Below, piece after piece: positions 1-9,755 of a DNA stretch of 64,000 nt. The stretch is from the NCBI GenBank assembly GCA_947492885.1, contig CANLPK010000005.1, positions 41 to 64,040 on the forward strand, in the 5' to 3' direction. Below the pieces are notes generated by a model, which had not been told where the DNA came from, did no database searches, and was given only the letters and a program-made list of their open reading frames with translations. Both the position numbers and the translations under genes were made by a program. The stretch comes from Bacteroidota bacterium (GTDB lineage Bacteria > Bacteroidota > Bacteroidia > UKL13-3). Position 1 is the stretch's first letter. Each line of letters opens with the position of its first letter.

Positions 1-1
1 C

Positions 2-1171
2 TTGGTTTCTAATTTCCTAAAAGCACAATCCGTTGCAGCCTATCCAAATAATTCACATGGCGAGCCATCGGCAGCTATAGAAATCCCTAAAAAGGATAAG
101 CATTTCAAAGTTGGTTTGTTTATGCCATTTTTCAAGGAGGGTACGGATACAACCCCTGTGATGCATGCCTTTGCCTTATCGAGCCTCGATTATTTGGCGG
201 GTGTAAAAGCCGCAATTGATTCGATAGAAAAAACCGGAAATGTAAAAATCGATTTCTTTGTTGAGGATACGGAGCTCGACAGTAGTATTGTAGAATCGCT
301 ACTTTATAAAGAAGAATACCGCGATTTAGATGTACTCATTGGACCTGTATTTCAAAGTGGTGTTGAAATGGCTACACCAATTATTCAAAAGAGAAACACC
401 ATCATGTATCTGCCTTTTGAAAAGGATTATAATGCGGAGAAACTATCCAATATTATTTCATCTCAAAAAAACATGACGGCCTACGCGGCTTATTTCTCTA
501 GCTATTTCGAACGTCAGTTTGCAAACCAGAACAAGCAATACATTTTCTTGTACAACTCCAAGGAGGGCAAGTTTGGGAGGGAAGCACGCGCCATGGACAG
601 TATCATTAAACTTGATTTGAATGCCAATATCGATACTTCAAAAATGATGATTTTCGATTTGGGCAAAAAGGAGAATGGACCCTTGACTTCTAAGCTGGTA
701 AAGGGGAATCAGTATGTGTTTTTTGTCAATTGCAAAAACAGTTATTTTGTTAATGAAGCACTGAGTCAGATAAAGACAATCGTTTCCTCGGCACCCGAAG
801 TATTCTGTTATTTTGAAGTGCTCGAATCGGAAGTGCCCGCTTACGAAATTTGGGACACCTTGAAAGTGAAATTCTTCTCCCGTTTCTTCGTGAATTTTGA
901 AGATGGCCCAACAGGAACCCTTCGAAAGAAAATTATCGAAAGCTATAATCAAGACCCGGTAGAATTTACCTACAAAGGATATAATGATATTTTGTTTTTA
1001 TCACAAGCATTTGCAGATGGGAAAGATTGGTTAAACAATTGTTTGAATAAAGACTATGTGAATGAAGTCGCAGGATTTTATTATCATCAGGATCCCAGCA
1101 ATGGCGGTATTTTTAATGGGTATCATGCCGTATGGAGATATGAGAAGCTAAAACTTTACCGACAATACTGA
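2..1171 (+). CDS. Hypothetical protein, 5'-truncated at the window edge; possibly a periplasmic-binding-protein-like domain
   Basis: The frame is open from base 2 with no start codon. The TGA stop overlaps the next ATG (TGATG). No diagnostic motif recognised; the fold guess is weak. Confidence 0.35.
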   Translation: MVSNFLKAQSVAAYPNNSHGEPSAAIEIPKKDKHFKVGLFMPFFKEGTDTTPVMHAFALSSLDYLAGVKAAIDSIEKTGNVKIDFFVEDTELDSSIVESLLYKEEYRDLDVLIGPVFQSGVEMATPIIQKRNTIMYLPFEKDYNAEKLSNIISSQKNMTAYAAYFSSYFERQFANQNKQYIFLYNSKEGKFGREARAMDSIIKLDLNANIDTSKMMIFDLGKKENGPLTSKLVKGNQYVFFVNCKNSYFVNEALSQIKTIVSSAPEVFCYFEVLESEVPAYEIWDTLKVKFFSRFFVNFEDGPTGTLRKKIIESYNQDPVEFTYKGYNDILFLSQAFADGKDWLNNCLNKDYVNEVAGFYYHQDPSNGGIFNGYHAVWRYEKLKLYRQY

Positions 1172-2358
1172 TGCGTGAAATCATTCAGTTAGATATTATA
1201 AAGGAGTTACTTACATCCTATCCTGATGACGCCCCATTACATCATTTTACTAAAGAATTTTATCGCAAACACCGACAGTTAGGATCTCGCGATCGCAGGT
1301 TTTATAGCGATACCATCTATAAATATTTTCGTTGCAAGACACTCTTCAGTAAACTTAGTTTTGAAGAGAAGCTTTGTTATAGTGGCTTTATAACAAGCAC
1401 CGAACCCAATAATTTTCATCGATTCCTGCTATCGATTATTAATTGCCCGTTGGATTTAATTAACTCCTGGGCTTTGAGTATAGATGAGAAGCTTTCACTT
1501 TTAGAATCTGCTGGAATTATTTCATGGGCTTCTTATTTTCCTGGGAAATCCTTTGTTGATAGGGATTTGGATATGAATACTTTCCTAATGTCCCATTTAC
1601 ATCAGCCTGCATTTTATATTCGCGTTTCGAAAAGCGAAACGCCAACAATTGCAAAAATCTTAAATGAGCAAGCAGTAAAATTTACGCAGTCAAAAAACAC
1701 TTTCGCTTTTGAGGCGGCTCTCGACATTTCAAAATACCTGCCCGAAGGTAGCTATGAGGTTCAGGATTTATCGTCGCAGGCTACAGTGGCACTCATGAAC
1801 CCAGCGCCTGGAGCATCTGTATGGGATTGTTGCAGTGGGGCAGGAGGTAAGAGCATGATGTTGCTCGACGCACATCCCAATATTCAACTCTATTGCAGCG
1901 ATAAGCGCAATACGATTTTGGAAAATTTAAAAGTACGATTGCAGCATGCAGGATTGAAAGCGGCAGGCGTTAGTGAATTTGATGCCGTAAATAAAAGTGG
2001 TGATTTGAAATTCAATCAAAAAATAATTCCAGAAGGTTTCTTCGATATGATCATTGCTGATGTTCCATGCACCGGAAGTGGCACCTGGGGTCGCACTCCC
2101 GAAAGGCTCTATCAGTTTAAGGAGGAGGAAATAAAAGTATATGCAGCCTTGCAAAAATCAATCATCCGAAATATAATCCCATACCTAAAACCCAACGGCC
2201 AACTGGTTTATATCACTTGTTCGGTATATGCTACCGAAAATACAGATCAACTTAATGAGATTGAAAAGCTTGGATTTAAAATTGTGAGCAAGCAATATTT
2301 TATAGGATACGACAAGCAAGCAGATACCCTTTTTGGAGCCGTATTACAGAAAATTTAA
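1171..2358 (+). CDS. RsmB/NOP2 (Sun) family RNA m5C methyltransferase
   Basis: SAM-binding motif CSGAGGKS; catalytic motifs DVPCTGSGTWGRTPE and YITCSV, typical of m5C RNA methyltransferases. Confidence 0.8.
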   Translation: MREIIQLDIIKELLTSYPDDAPLHHFTKEFYRKHRQLGSRDRRFYSDTIYKYFRCKTLFSKLSFEEKLCYSGFITSTEPNNFHRFLLSIINCPLDLINSWALSIDEKLSLLESAGIISWASYFPGKSFVDRDLDMNTFLMSHLHQPAFYIRVSKSETPTIAKILNEQAVKFTQSKNTFAFEAALDISKYLPEGSYEVQDLSSQATVALMNPAPGASVWDCCSGAGGKSMMLLDAHPNIQLYCSDKRNTILENLKVRLQHAGLKAAGVSEFDAVNKSGDLKFNQKIIPEGFFDMIIADVPCTGSGTWGRTPERLYQFKEEEIKVYAALQKSIIRNIIPYLKPNGQLVYITCSVYATENTDQLNEIEKLGFKIVSKQYFIGYDKQADTLFGAVLQKI

Positions 2359-2385
2359 AACGAGATTAAGAGAAAAAACAATCAG

Positions 2386-3369
2386 TTAGTAAGCCGGAAG
2401 TACTGGTTTGTTTTGCAAGATACCATCAATCTTTTCCATGATTTCGGAGGTCAATAGGGTGTACTTGTCAATGGCGCTAAGGTTTTCTTCGAGTTGTTTG
2501 GTTTTCGTAGCACCAAGTATTACCGTACTCACATTATTATTTTTCAAGCACCATGAAAGGGCCATAACAGGCAAGCTGAGTCCAAGTTCGTTGGCTAATA
2601 CCTGAAGGCTATTTACTTTTGCAATACGATCTTCATTCAAGGTACTATCTTTCAACCAAGCCAAATTTTCATCACCCAATCGGGTATCGGTAGCAACTCC
2701 ATTAGAATATTTACCGCTTAAGAGCCCCGATGCCAATGGGCTCCAGATGGTAGTGCCAAGGCCTTTATGTTTGAACAAGTGTAAGTATTCATTTTCTAAT
2801 TTGTTGCGCACAAACATATTATAATGCGGTTGCTCCATGATGGGTTTGATCAAATGGTGCTGTTCGCAAATAAGATGTGCTTCCATAATTTCACTTGCAC
2901 TCCATTCGCTAGTTCCCCAATATAAAATGAGGCCTTTTTGAATCAGCAAATGCATGGCCCATACAGTTTCTTCAATAGGAACGGTTTTGTCGGGGCGATG
3001 ACAGAACATCAAATCAATATAATCGAGTTGAAGGCTTTTCAATGATTTATGCGTTGCTTCAAAAATATGTTTGCGGCTGAGTCCTTTCTGGTTGGGTTTG
3101 CCTTCTTCGCTTCCCCAAAATATTTTACTCGATACGAGGTAGCTGCTTCTACTCCATGTTTTTTGTTTGAGTATTGCACCCATCACAATTTCGCTTTTGC
3201 CTGCCTGGTAGCTTTCGGCATTGTCAAAAAAATTGATGCCAGCATCATAACTAATGCTCATGAGTGAGTCGGCTGTTGCGTCGTCGATATGGCCACCAAA
3301 GGTAAGCCACGAACCGAGGGATAGCGCTGAAATTTGTATCCCCGAATTTCCTAATCTTCTGTATTCCAT
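2386..3369 (-). CDS. Aldo/keto reductase (Kv-beta-subunit-like subfamily)
   Basis: N-terminus MEYRRLGNSGIQISALSLGSWLTFGG; internal DNAESY, DLMFCHRPD and WGTSEW segments characteristic of AKR proteins. Confidence 0.85.
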   Translation of the reverse strand: MEYRRLGNSGIQISALSLGSWLTFGGHIDDATADSLMSISYDAGINFFDNAESYQAGKSEIVMGAILKQKTWSRSSYLVSSKIFWGSEEGKPNQKGLSRKHIFEATHKSLKSLQLDYIDLMFCHRPDKTVPIEETVWAMHLLIQKGLILYWGTSEWSASEIMEAHLICEQHHLIKPIMEQPHYNMFVRNKLENEYLHLFKHKGLGTTIWSPLASGLLSGKYSNGVATDTRLGDENLAWLKDSTLNEDRIAKVNSLQVLANELGLSLPVMALSWCLKNNNVSTVILGATKTKQLEENLSAIDKYTLLTSEIMEKIDGILQNKPVLPAY

Positions 3370-3487
3370 GATATGGCAAAGGTATTGTATTTTCAGAATT
3401 GATGTTTTAATTATTCCTTACATAATTAAACTATTGAGGTGTTTATGCATCCTACCCTTCGATTTATAACCACTTAATCTTTATATC

Positions 3488-3931
3488 ATGAAAATAATTA
3501 AAATCTTGATGCTGCTCTTATTTATTGGAGTTGGCATTAGTTCTCAAGCTCGCGCTCAAAAACTAACCTCTGAAGAAAAAGCTTTGGTGCTCACCTTTCG
3601 AATGAGTAAATATTTACAGCTTACGGAGGTGCAGAAAACAGCCATTATGAAAATTCATCAACAAGCAATTGAGCAGATGGAAGCCGCCAATCACACCTAT
3701 TGTGACAATAAGCAAGCTTTGAGGAATGCAAAAAAGGAAATCATGACCCAACGTAATATCGAATTGCAGAAGGTATTGAGTGCCGATCAGTTTGCATTAT
3801 ATCAACAAAAGCAAAAGGAAGCAAAAGCTCAGATGCAGAAGGATCGGGAAGCGGCTCGCAATCGCAAGGCAGCCCAACAACCGCTGCCCGCGAAGACACC
3901 TGGAGAGGTGATGCCGCAACCTCAGAAGTAA
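3488..3931 (+). CDS. Secreted hypothetical protein (signal peptide; helical, Lys/Gln-rich)
   Basis: Hydrophobic N-terminus MKIIKILMLLLFIGVGISSQARA. No catalytic motif. Followed by a strong terminator. Confidence 0.5.
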   Translation: MKIIKILMLLLFIGVGISSQARAQKLTSEEKALVLTFRMSKYLQLTEVQKTAIMKIHQQAIEQMEAANHTYCDNKQALRNAKKEIMTQRNIELQKVLSADQFALYQQKQKEAKAQMQKDREAARNRKAAQQPLPAKTPGEVMPQPQK

Positions 3932-3954
3932 TAAGATAGATTTGATTTGGAATA

Positions 3955-4010
3955 GGCCGTTCGCTATTTTAGGAGGTACAAACCTAAAATAGCGACGGCC
4001 TTTTTATTTT
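3955..4010 (+). terminator. Rho-independent terminator
   Basis: Stem of about 19 bp, ggccgttcgctattttagg / cctaaaatagcgacggcc (one bulged T), followed by tttttatttt. Confidence 0.8.
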
Positions 4011-4057
4011 AGAGCGCCTATTTAGTATATTCGCACTTTAATTTAAAAATTCACAAT

Positions 4058-4621
4058 ATGCAAGAACAATCAAAAGCCCTGCACGATGATACCAAAATAA
4101 AAATGGATCATGCATACAGCCATGCTACCGATTTAATCGCGAAAGTTCGCGCCGGTAAAGCTACTCCGGGAATGCTCGATGTAGTTATGGTTGATTACTA
4201 TGGTAATCTTACACCACTAAGTCAGGTTGCCAACGTCACCACACCCGATGCTCGTACATTGCAAATTCAACCTTGGGAAGCGAGTTTGATCTCCGAAATT
4301 GAAAAGGGAATTTCGAAAGCAAATTTGGGTTTAAATCCTCAAAATGATGGAAAAATAGTAAGAATAACGGTTCCACCGCTTACTGAAGAACGTAGAAAAG
4401 ACCTCGTGAAGCAAGCTAAGAACGAAGCGGAGAATGGTAAGATTGCTATTCGTAATATTCGTAAAGATGCAATGGAGAAATCGAAAGGATTGGTTAAGGC
4501 TGGTTTACCTCAAGATGATGGTAAAAAACTAGATGAGCAAATTCAAAAATTGACTGATGCTCATATCGATCAATTAGATAAATCATTGGAGCAAAAGGAA
4601 AAAGAAATTATGACTGTTTGA
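4058..4621 (+). CDS. frr: Ribosome recycling factor
   Basis: 187 aa; VRAGKATPGMLDVVMVDYYGNLTPLSQVANVTTPDARTLQIQPWE and ITVPPLTEERRKDLVK are classic RRF segments. Confidence 0.95.
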   Translation: MQEQSKALHDDTKIKMDHAYSHATDLIAKVRAGKATPGMLDVVMVDYYGNLTPLSQVANVTTPDARTLQIQPWEASLISEIEKGISKANLGLNPQNDGKIVRITVPPLTEERRKDLVKQAKNEAENGKIAIRNIRKDAMEKSKGLVKAGLPQDDGKKLDEQIQKLTDAHIDQLDKSLEQKEKEIMTV

Positions 4622-4658
4622 GTTTTCAAAACGAATCATTGTAATTATACTTACATAA

Positions 4659-4693
4659 AAAAACCTCTCAGAATTATCGGAGAGGTTTTTTTT
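4659..4693. terminator. Bidirectional Rho-independent terminator between convergent genes
   Basis: aaaaaacctctc-agaattatcg-gagaggtttttttt: a GC-containing stem flanked by an A-run and a T-run. Confidence 0.75.
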
Positions 4694-4714
4694 ATGTATT
4701 AAAAACAGGTTGAA

Positions 4715-5257
4715 TTAAACTGTTTTGCGATTGATTGCTGTTTTAGCTGCACTGCTTTTTCCTTTGGTATCAATCTTTATTGCAGGTTGATTCTTGATCA
4801 TCGTGTTTTTCACTTCATGATGCTCAATCTTTGTATCATCCTTATCTTCATTATCCTTCGCTTGACGCATTGCTTCGAAATCGAGGTCGCCATTCAAGAG
4901 GCTATACCATTGTACCAAACGCTTGATATCTGAAAGATGCACACGTTCTTTGTCGTAGGTAGGTAATACCTTTTCAAAAAATGTTTTCAATTCAGCATCC
5001 GTACCTTTTGCAGTAGGAGTTGCTGTTCCTGCAACAACGATATCGTTGAGCTTCACCAATACCTCACGTAACTTGATATCATCTTCCGTAGTAAACATTG
5101 AGATGTCTTCTAAGATTGAAAATCTTTGTGATACAGACACTGATGTACGTGTTTTCGCAGCATCAATACTTTCAACTACTAAATTGGTTTTGCCATGGGC
5201 TACAATTTTGAATAAGCCCGGCTTTCCTGAAATATGAACAATATCTTTTAACTCCAT
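4715..5257 (-). CDS. DUF5606-like conserved Bacteroidota protein
   Basis: Likely start is MELKDIVHISGKPGLFKIV (ATG at 5257); the longer ORF beginning at 5299 adds a hydrophobic artefact. Assignment is by recalled similarity to the DUF5606 family. Confidence 0.55.
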   Translation of the reverse strand: MELKDIVHISGKPGLFKIVAHGKTNLVVESIDAAKTRTSVSVSQRFSILEDISMFTTEDDIKLREVLVKLNDIVVAGTATPTAKGTDAELKTFFEKVLPTYDKERVHLSDIKRLVQWYSLLNGDLDFEAMRQAKDNEDKDDTKIEHHEVKNTMIKNQPAIKIDTKGKSSAAKTAINRKTV

Positions 5258-5422
5258 AATTATTATGATTTTTTGCGTCGGTAAAAATATAAAAAACAAA
5301 ACAAAGATGGGCTATGAGAATATTCACAAATAGGGGTATTTACACGAAATTTACATTTTCAACTACATTGAATTACTTGATGGAAGGTTTTAATTATGAA
5401 TTATCTACTAACTTTGCCATCA

Positions 5423-6343
5423 ATGAAGAGGAAAATACTCATTACAGGAAGCAATGGCTTACTAGGTCAGAAATTGTTGGAGCAATTAGCGAATCATCCC
5501 CAATTCGAATTAATAGCGACAGCAAAAGGTGCGAACCGTGCATCGGAAACCGAAGGATATAGCTACGAGTCAATGGACATCGCCGATTCGAAGCAGGTTA
5601 GCGAAATCATTCAGAAACATAAGCCGCATTTTATTATCAATGGTGCCGCCATGACCAATGTAGATGCATGTGAGTCGGAGCGAGAGTTATGCCTGGCACT
5701 CAATGTTAATGCCGTGAAATATTTGGTAGATGCCGCCAACGCCGTTGGAGCGCATTTTATTCAGCTGAGTACCGATTTTATTTTTGATGGAACGCTCGCT
5801 GGTGGCATGTATGATGAAGAGGCCAAAGCCAACCCCATCAGCTTTTATGCCGATAGTAAGCTCATGGGTGAACAGGTAGTACAAACCTTTGCTCACCGTT
5901 GGTCGATTGCACGTACCATCATCGTTTATGGTGTGGTTTCGGATATGAGCCGTAGCAATGTTATTTTATGGGTGAAGAAAAATTTGGAAGAAGGTAAAAA
6001 GATCAATGTGGTGAATGATCAGTTTCGCACGCCCACTTTGGCCGACGACCTTGCCAAAGGCTGCATCCTAATTGCAGAGAAGGAAGCGACAGGAATTTTT
6101 AACCTTGCGGGTAAGGATTATATGAGCATTTATGAATTGGCGCTACATGTAGCGGCCTATTGGAAACTCGATGCATCATTAATTTCCCCATCTCAAAGCG
6201 ACTCCTTGAAACAAGCAGCCAAACGCCCTCCAGTAACAGGATTGAAAATCGATAAAGCACGAAATATTTTAGGATATAATCCGGTAAGTTTTGAAGAAGG
6301 ACTTGCCGCTGTTGAGCAACAACTCATTCGTTTTTCAAAATAA
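5423..6343 (+). CDS. NAD(P)-dependent SDR, dTDP-4-dehydrorhamnose reductase (RmlD)-like
   Basis: Rossmann motif KILITGSNGLLGQ immediately after the internal start MKRK; YADSK catalytic motif; length and layout match RmlD substrate-binding-domain proteins. Confidence 0.7.
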   Translation: MKRKILITGSNGLLGQKLLEQLANHPQFELIATAKGANRASETEGYSYESMDIADSKQVSEIIQKHKPHFIINGAAMTNVDACESERELCLALNVNAVKYLVDAANAVGAHFIQLSTDFIFDGTLAGGMYDEEAKANPISFYADSKLMGEQVVQTFAHRWSIARTIIVYGVVSDMSRSNVILWVKKNLEEGKKINVVNDQFRTPTLADDLAKGCILIAEKEATGIFNLAGKDYMSIYELALHVAAYWKLDASLISPSQSDSLKQAAKRPPVTGLKIDKARNILGYNPVSFEEGLAAVEQQLIRFSK

Positions 6344-6360
6344 AAGCAAAGAAAAATTTA

Positions 6361-7410
6361 TTATTTAGCAGCGGTAGCCGTGTTTGGAATCTCAATATCC
6401 AAGGTTCTTCCAACTACATGTGCAATGGGTTTGATTTTCTCCAGCATCGTAACAAACTGATCGGGGTATAGAGATTGTGGTCCATCGCTCAATGCTTGCT
6501 CAGGGTTGTTATGAACTTCAATCATGAGTCCATCGGCGCCAGCCGCAATTGAAGCTAAGGCCATAGGAGTTACACGATGGCGCAATCCGGTACCATGACT
6601 GGGGTCGCTAAATACAGGGAGGTGACTCAATTCTTTTATGATTGGGAAGGCCGCAACATCAAGGGTATTTCTTACACTACTATCGAAGGTACGAATACCT
6701 CTTTCACACAAAATCACCTTTTCGTTACCACCACTTAAAACATATTCAGCGCTCATCAACCATTCGGTGATTTTGCTGCTCATACCTCGTTTCAACATCA
6801 CGGGCTTATCGATATTTCCTAATTCAGTAAGCATGTAAAAGTTCATCATATTACGAGTCCCTACTTGTAATATGTCAGCATATTCATAAACCTCGTCGAG
6901 TACACTTAAATCGATGATTTCGGTAACCACTCTTAGGTTGTATTGATCGGCCGCCTGGCGCAGGAGTTTCAGTCCTTCAACAGCCATCCCTTGAAATGTA
7001 TAAGGAGATGTTCTTGGTTTATAAGCACCACCTCTAATAAACTTCACTCCATTTTGATGCAACATTTTTGCAATAGAGAAAATCTGTTCTTCACTCTCCA
7101 CAGCACACGGTCCTGCGATGGTATTAATCATATTACCACCAATGGTAATGCCTTTCACATCGAAAGTGGTAGGTTCTTTTTTCCAAGTACGGCTGGCCAA
7201 TTTATATGGTTCACGTACCTCAAACACATCTTGAACGCCATCAAGTCATTTGATGCGACGAATGTCAAAGTCGTGAGGAAATTCACTGATTGCAACAATA
7301 TTTCTGTCGTTCAGCGTCGCATTATGAATTTCGAGATTTAAATCGGAAAGCTGACGAAGCACTTCGCCTACCTGTTTTTTAGAGAGATTCTCTTTTAGTA
7401 TTACAATCAC
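6361..7410 (-). pseudogene. aroF: Type I-beta 3-deoxy-7-phosphoheptulonate (DAHP) synthase with an N-terminal ferredoxin-like regulatory domain, interrupted by one in-frame TGA at 7246-7248
   Basis: One minus-strand frame is open from GTG 7410 to TAA 6361, except for TGA at 7246-7248. The first 54 codons (VIVILKENLSKKQVGEVLRQLSDLNLEIHNATLNDRNIVAISEFPHDFDIRRIK) resemble the regulatory domain of Thermotoga-type DAHP synthase. The ORF-track product 6361..7227 (GTG start) carries GPCAVES, RGGAYKPRTSPYTFQG, LKRG, CERGIRTF and DPSH. Confidence 0.8.
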
Positions 7411-7416
7411 CGTAAG

Positions 7417-8811
7417 TTAATTTTGAGTGGTGTAGTATAATTTAAGTTTAATGCCGGGTCCTTTTCTTGTATCCATCACCAAATGACTCGCCGCAATAGG
7501 GTTGTCGGTAGGAATGATTAGATAGAGTCCACGGTTTTTATCTGTATTGCCAGTGGCCTTATAGTCGTTGATTAACTCTTGCAGATGCAAGGTAAAATTG
7601 AAACGGTATTCGCCAGAGGTGGTATTATAATAGCCACCATAATATGGATTTAATGGAGAACTGCCTGCATAAAAAATGTCTTTAATGAAGTCATTTCTGC
7701 CAGTGGTAGCATTGGGTTGTAATAATCGCAAACTAGTAGGTGCGTAGAAATCGGCATTCAACCAGCTTCCGTAAGGTTTTATAATGAGCTCTGCACTATT
7801 AATAGCGATGTTCTTATACTTCTTCACCAACTCATAAAGATAAGGAATTTGAATTCTCATCTTATACTTACCCATCGACTGAATAAAGCAAGTATCGGCA
7901 TTATAATGTGTGCCAGGATAGGCATAGTCTTGTGGTAAAGACGTAAGTGGAGGAGTAGGGAGGGTATGATTATAGGTAGTAATACGACGAGATGTTGTTC
8001 CCACAGTGAATGAAACAGAGAGGGAATCATTATAATATACTACCAAGGCAGCACCCGTAGGAGCATTTGACTTATTAGTTGTTCTTAAATTCACATATAC
8101 AAAACCTCCACTACCTGAAAGCACGCCTTCACTAGTAATGGATAAACCTTTAAAGTAATTTAAGAAATCGGTATTGGTTGAGAACGCGGTACCTGGAGCA
8201 TTAAATAATTTACTCTTGGCCCAGGTATCATCAAGCTTGAAGCGCAATGCTGGTGGCATTTTAGAAGATTTGCTTCCCAATACAATGGAAATACTATCGC
8301 GTAGATTCAGAATTCCATTCGATGACCCCAACGAAACCGGACTGTAATTAATAAAGCTATTGCTATAATAAGAACGTGTGGCGTCCAATCCACTGCTTAG
8401 CTCGTGAACACTGAATCGTTGTGCGGTACTGATATCGCCAAAGCTTCTGTTTCCTTCGCTATTGTCGGCGGCTAAAAATCCTACGTATAATACTGCGGAG
8501 TCGAACTTGGTAGCGCCTCCAAAAGTAAAATTATCGCGTGGGAGCAGGTATTGCGCCGAAACGGTGGCATGGGTAAGGTTAAAAGTGCTATTGTCACTTG
8601 TGCCGAGTACATTGTACGACAGTTCGGAGGTGATTATCGAATCCTCCAAAACAGTACGGGTAAGCATGGTAAGCGTATCGGTGTAAATGATATTGCTATT
8701 GGTTGCTTCAGGTACAAGGCCATTACCCACATTATCTTTGCGCTTACATGAAACGACAAAGAGAGATACTAAAATTAAAATTCCGGCGAAACTCAGTTTA
8801 TTTTCCATCAA
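7417..8811 (-). CDS. DUF4270-like lipoprotein
   Basis: Lipoprotein signal ...LILVSLFVVSCKR. Sits downstream of the short glycogen-synthase-like gene with a 14-nt overlap, a pairing I recall as conserved in Bacteroidota. Confidence 0.55.
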   Translation of the reverse strand: MMENKLSFAGILILVSLFVVSCKRKDNVGNGLVPEATNSNIIYTDTLTMLTRTVLEDSIITSELSYNVLGTSDNSTFNLTHATVSAQYLLPRDNFTFGGATKFDSAVLYVGFLAADNSEGNRSFGDISTAQRFSVHELSSGLDATRSYYSNSFINYSPVSLGSSNGILNLRDSISIVLGSKSSKMPPALRFKLDDTWAKSKLFNAPGTAFSTNTDFLNYFKGLSITSEGVLSGSGGFVYVNLRTTNKSNAPTGAALVVYYNDSLSVSFTVGTTSRRITTYNHTLPTPPLTSLPQDYAYPGTHYNADTCFIQSMGKYKMRIQIPYLYELVKKYKNIAINSAELIIKPYGSWLNADFYAPTSLRLLQPNATTGRNDFIKDIFYAGSSPLNPYYGGYYNTTSGEYRFNFTLHLQELINDYKATGNTDKNRGLYLIIPTDNPIAASHLVMDTRKGPGIKLKLYYTTQN

Positions 8812-9619
8812 TCACTTTGTGATAAAACTCTTCGTAAATGTCAATCAAATTTTCGGATTCGCCCTGTGGGGACTCTAATATTAATTTCTTTTTTTGAGTA
8901 TCGATAAACTTATCGACCTTGCTATTTATATTATCTGATGCACGAATAATTCCATCGGAATGTGCAATAGCGCCCATATACATGCTGGCACATTCTCCAT
9001 TTTCGTATGGAGCAGTGTGTTCTTGTTTTACATGTTGTAAAGAAGCTTTGCGGATGAATTCCTTTCCAAGGGAGCTATTGTACTGATTTTCAAAAACCGA
9101 ATACACTACTTTGGATTTACGGAAAATAGGATCGTCTTTATAAGTTGACTTCAAATACATAGGGATCAAACTGGTCATCCAGCCTTGGCAATGAATTAAG
9201 TCAGGAGGCCATCCTAATTTTTTACATGTTTCGAGTACTCCTTTGCAAAAAAAGATAGTTCTTTCATCATTATCCTTGAAAAACTTATCGTTTTCGTCGT
9301 TAAAAATGAATTTTCTGTGGAAATAGTCTTCATTATCTAAAAAATAGACTTGCAATTTGGCTTGAGGCAAAGAGGCTACTTTAATCGTCAATGGATAATC
9401 GGTATCATCAATATTGATATTAATTCCCGACAAACGAACTACTTCATGCAACTTGTTTCTGCGCTCGTTAATAACTCCAAAACGTGGGATAAACACACGA
9501 ATTTCAGTGTTTCTCTCTTGAATGTGCTTTGGAAGACGGAGCGCTAAGTTTGCAATACCTGAAGTTTCTAAGAAAGGGCTCATTTCTGAGGAAACGAACA
9601 TTATTCTTTTCTTCTGCAT
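8798..9619 (-). CDS. Short glycogen/starch-synthase-like protein (GT5 N-terminal domain only)
   Basis: MFVSSEMSPFLETSGIANLALRLPK resembles the GlgA N-terminal K-x-G-G-L region. At 273 aa it has no C-terminal GT-B half. Confidence 0.7.
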   Translation of the reverse strand: MQKKRIMFVSSEMSPFLETSGIANLALRLPKHIQERNTEIRVFIPRFGVINERRNKLHEVVRLSGININIDDTDYPLTIKVASLPQAKLQVYFLDNEDYFHRKFIFNDENDKFFKDNDERTIFFCKGVLETCKKLGWPPDLIHCQGWMTSLIPMYLKSTYKDDPIFRKSKVVYSVFENQYNSSLGKEFIRKASLQHVKQEHTAPYENGECASMYMGAIAHSDGIIRASDNINSKVDKFIDTQKKKLILESPQGESENLIDIYEEFYHKVIDGK

Positions 9620-9755
9620 ATTGAAATTGATTTAAACTTTTAATAGAACTGTTCAGCAAATTTAAGCATAAATACCCAAAAAAGCTATACGGGACAAGGT
9701 TTGGACTAAAATAAAGATTTGTTTGTATGGATTATTTTTTGTAATGATAGGGAGT

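Noticed and set aside
5314-5562. An 82-aa ORF, together with the long start (5396) of the RmlD-like gene.
   Set aside because: The Rossmann motif follows the internal MKRK start at 5423. The 82-aa ORF is out of frame and overlaps that gene.
7246-7248. The in-frame TGA in DAHP synthase could indicate a reassigned genetic code (TGA read as Trp or Gly).
   Set aside because: TGA clearly terminates other well-defined genes here, for example the first ORF at 1169-1171 (TGATG overlap) and the DUF423 gene at 42517-42519 (ATGA overlap). A global reassignment is therefore not supported.
6943-7341. A 132-aa plus-strand ORF spans the DAHP synthase 5' region.
   Set aside because: It is antisense to a frame with clear DAHP synthase regulatory and catalytic homology, so it is a shadow ORF.
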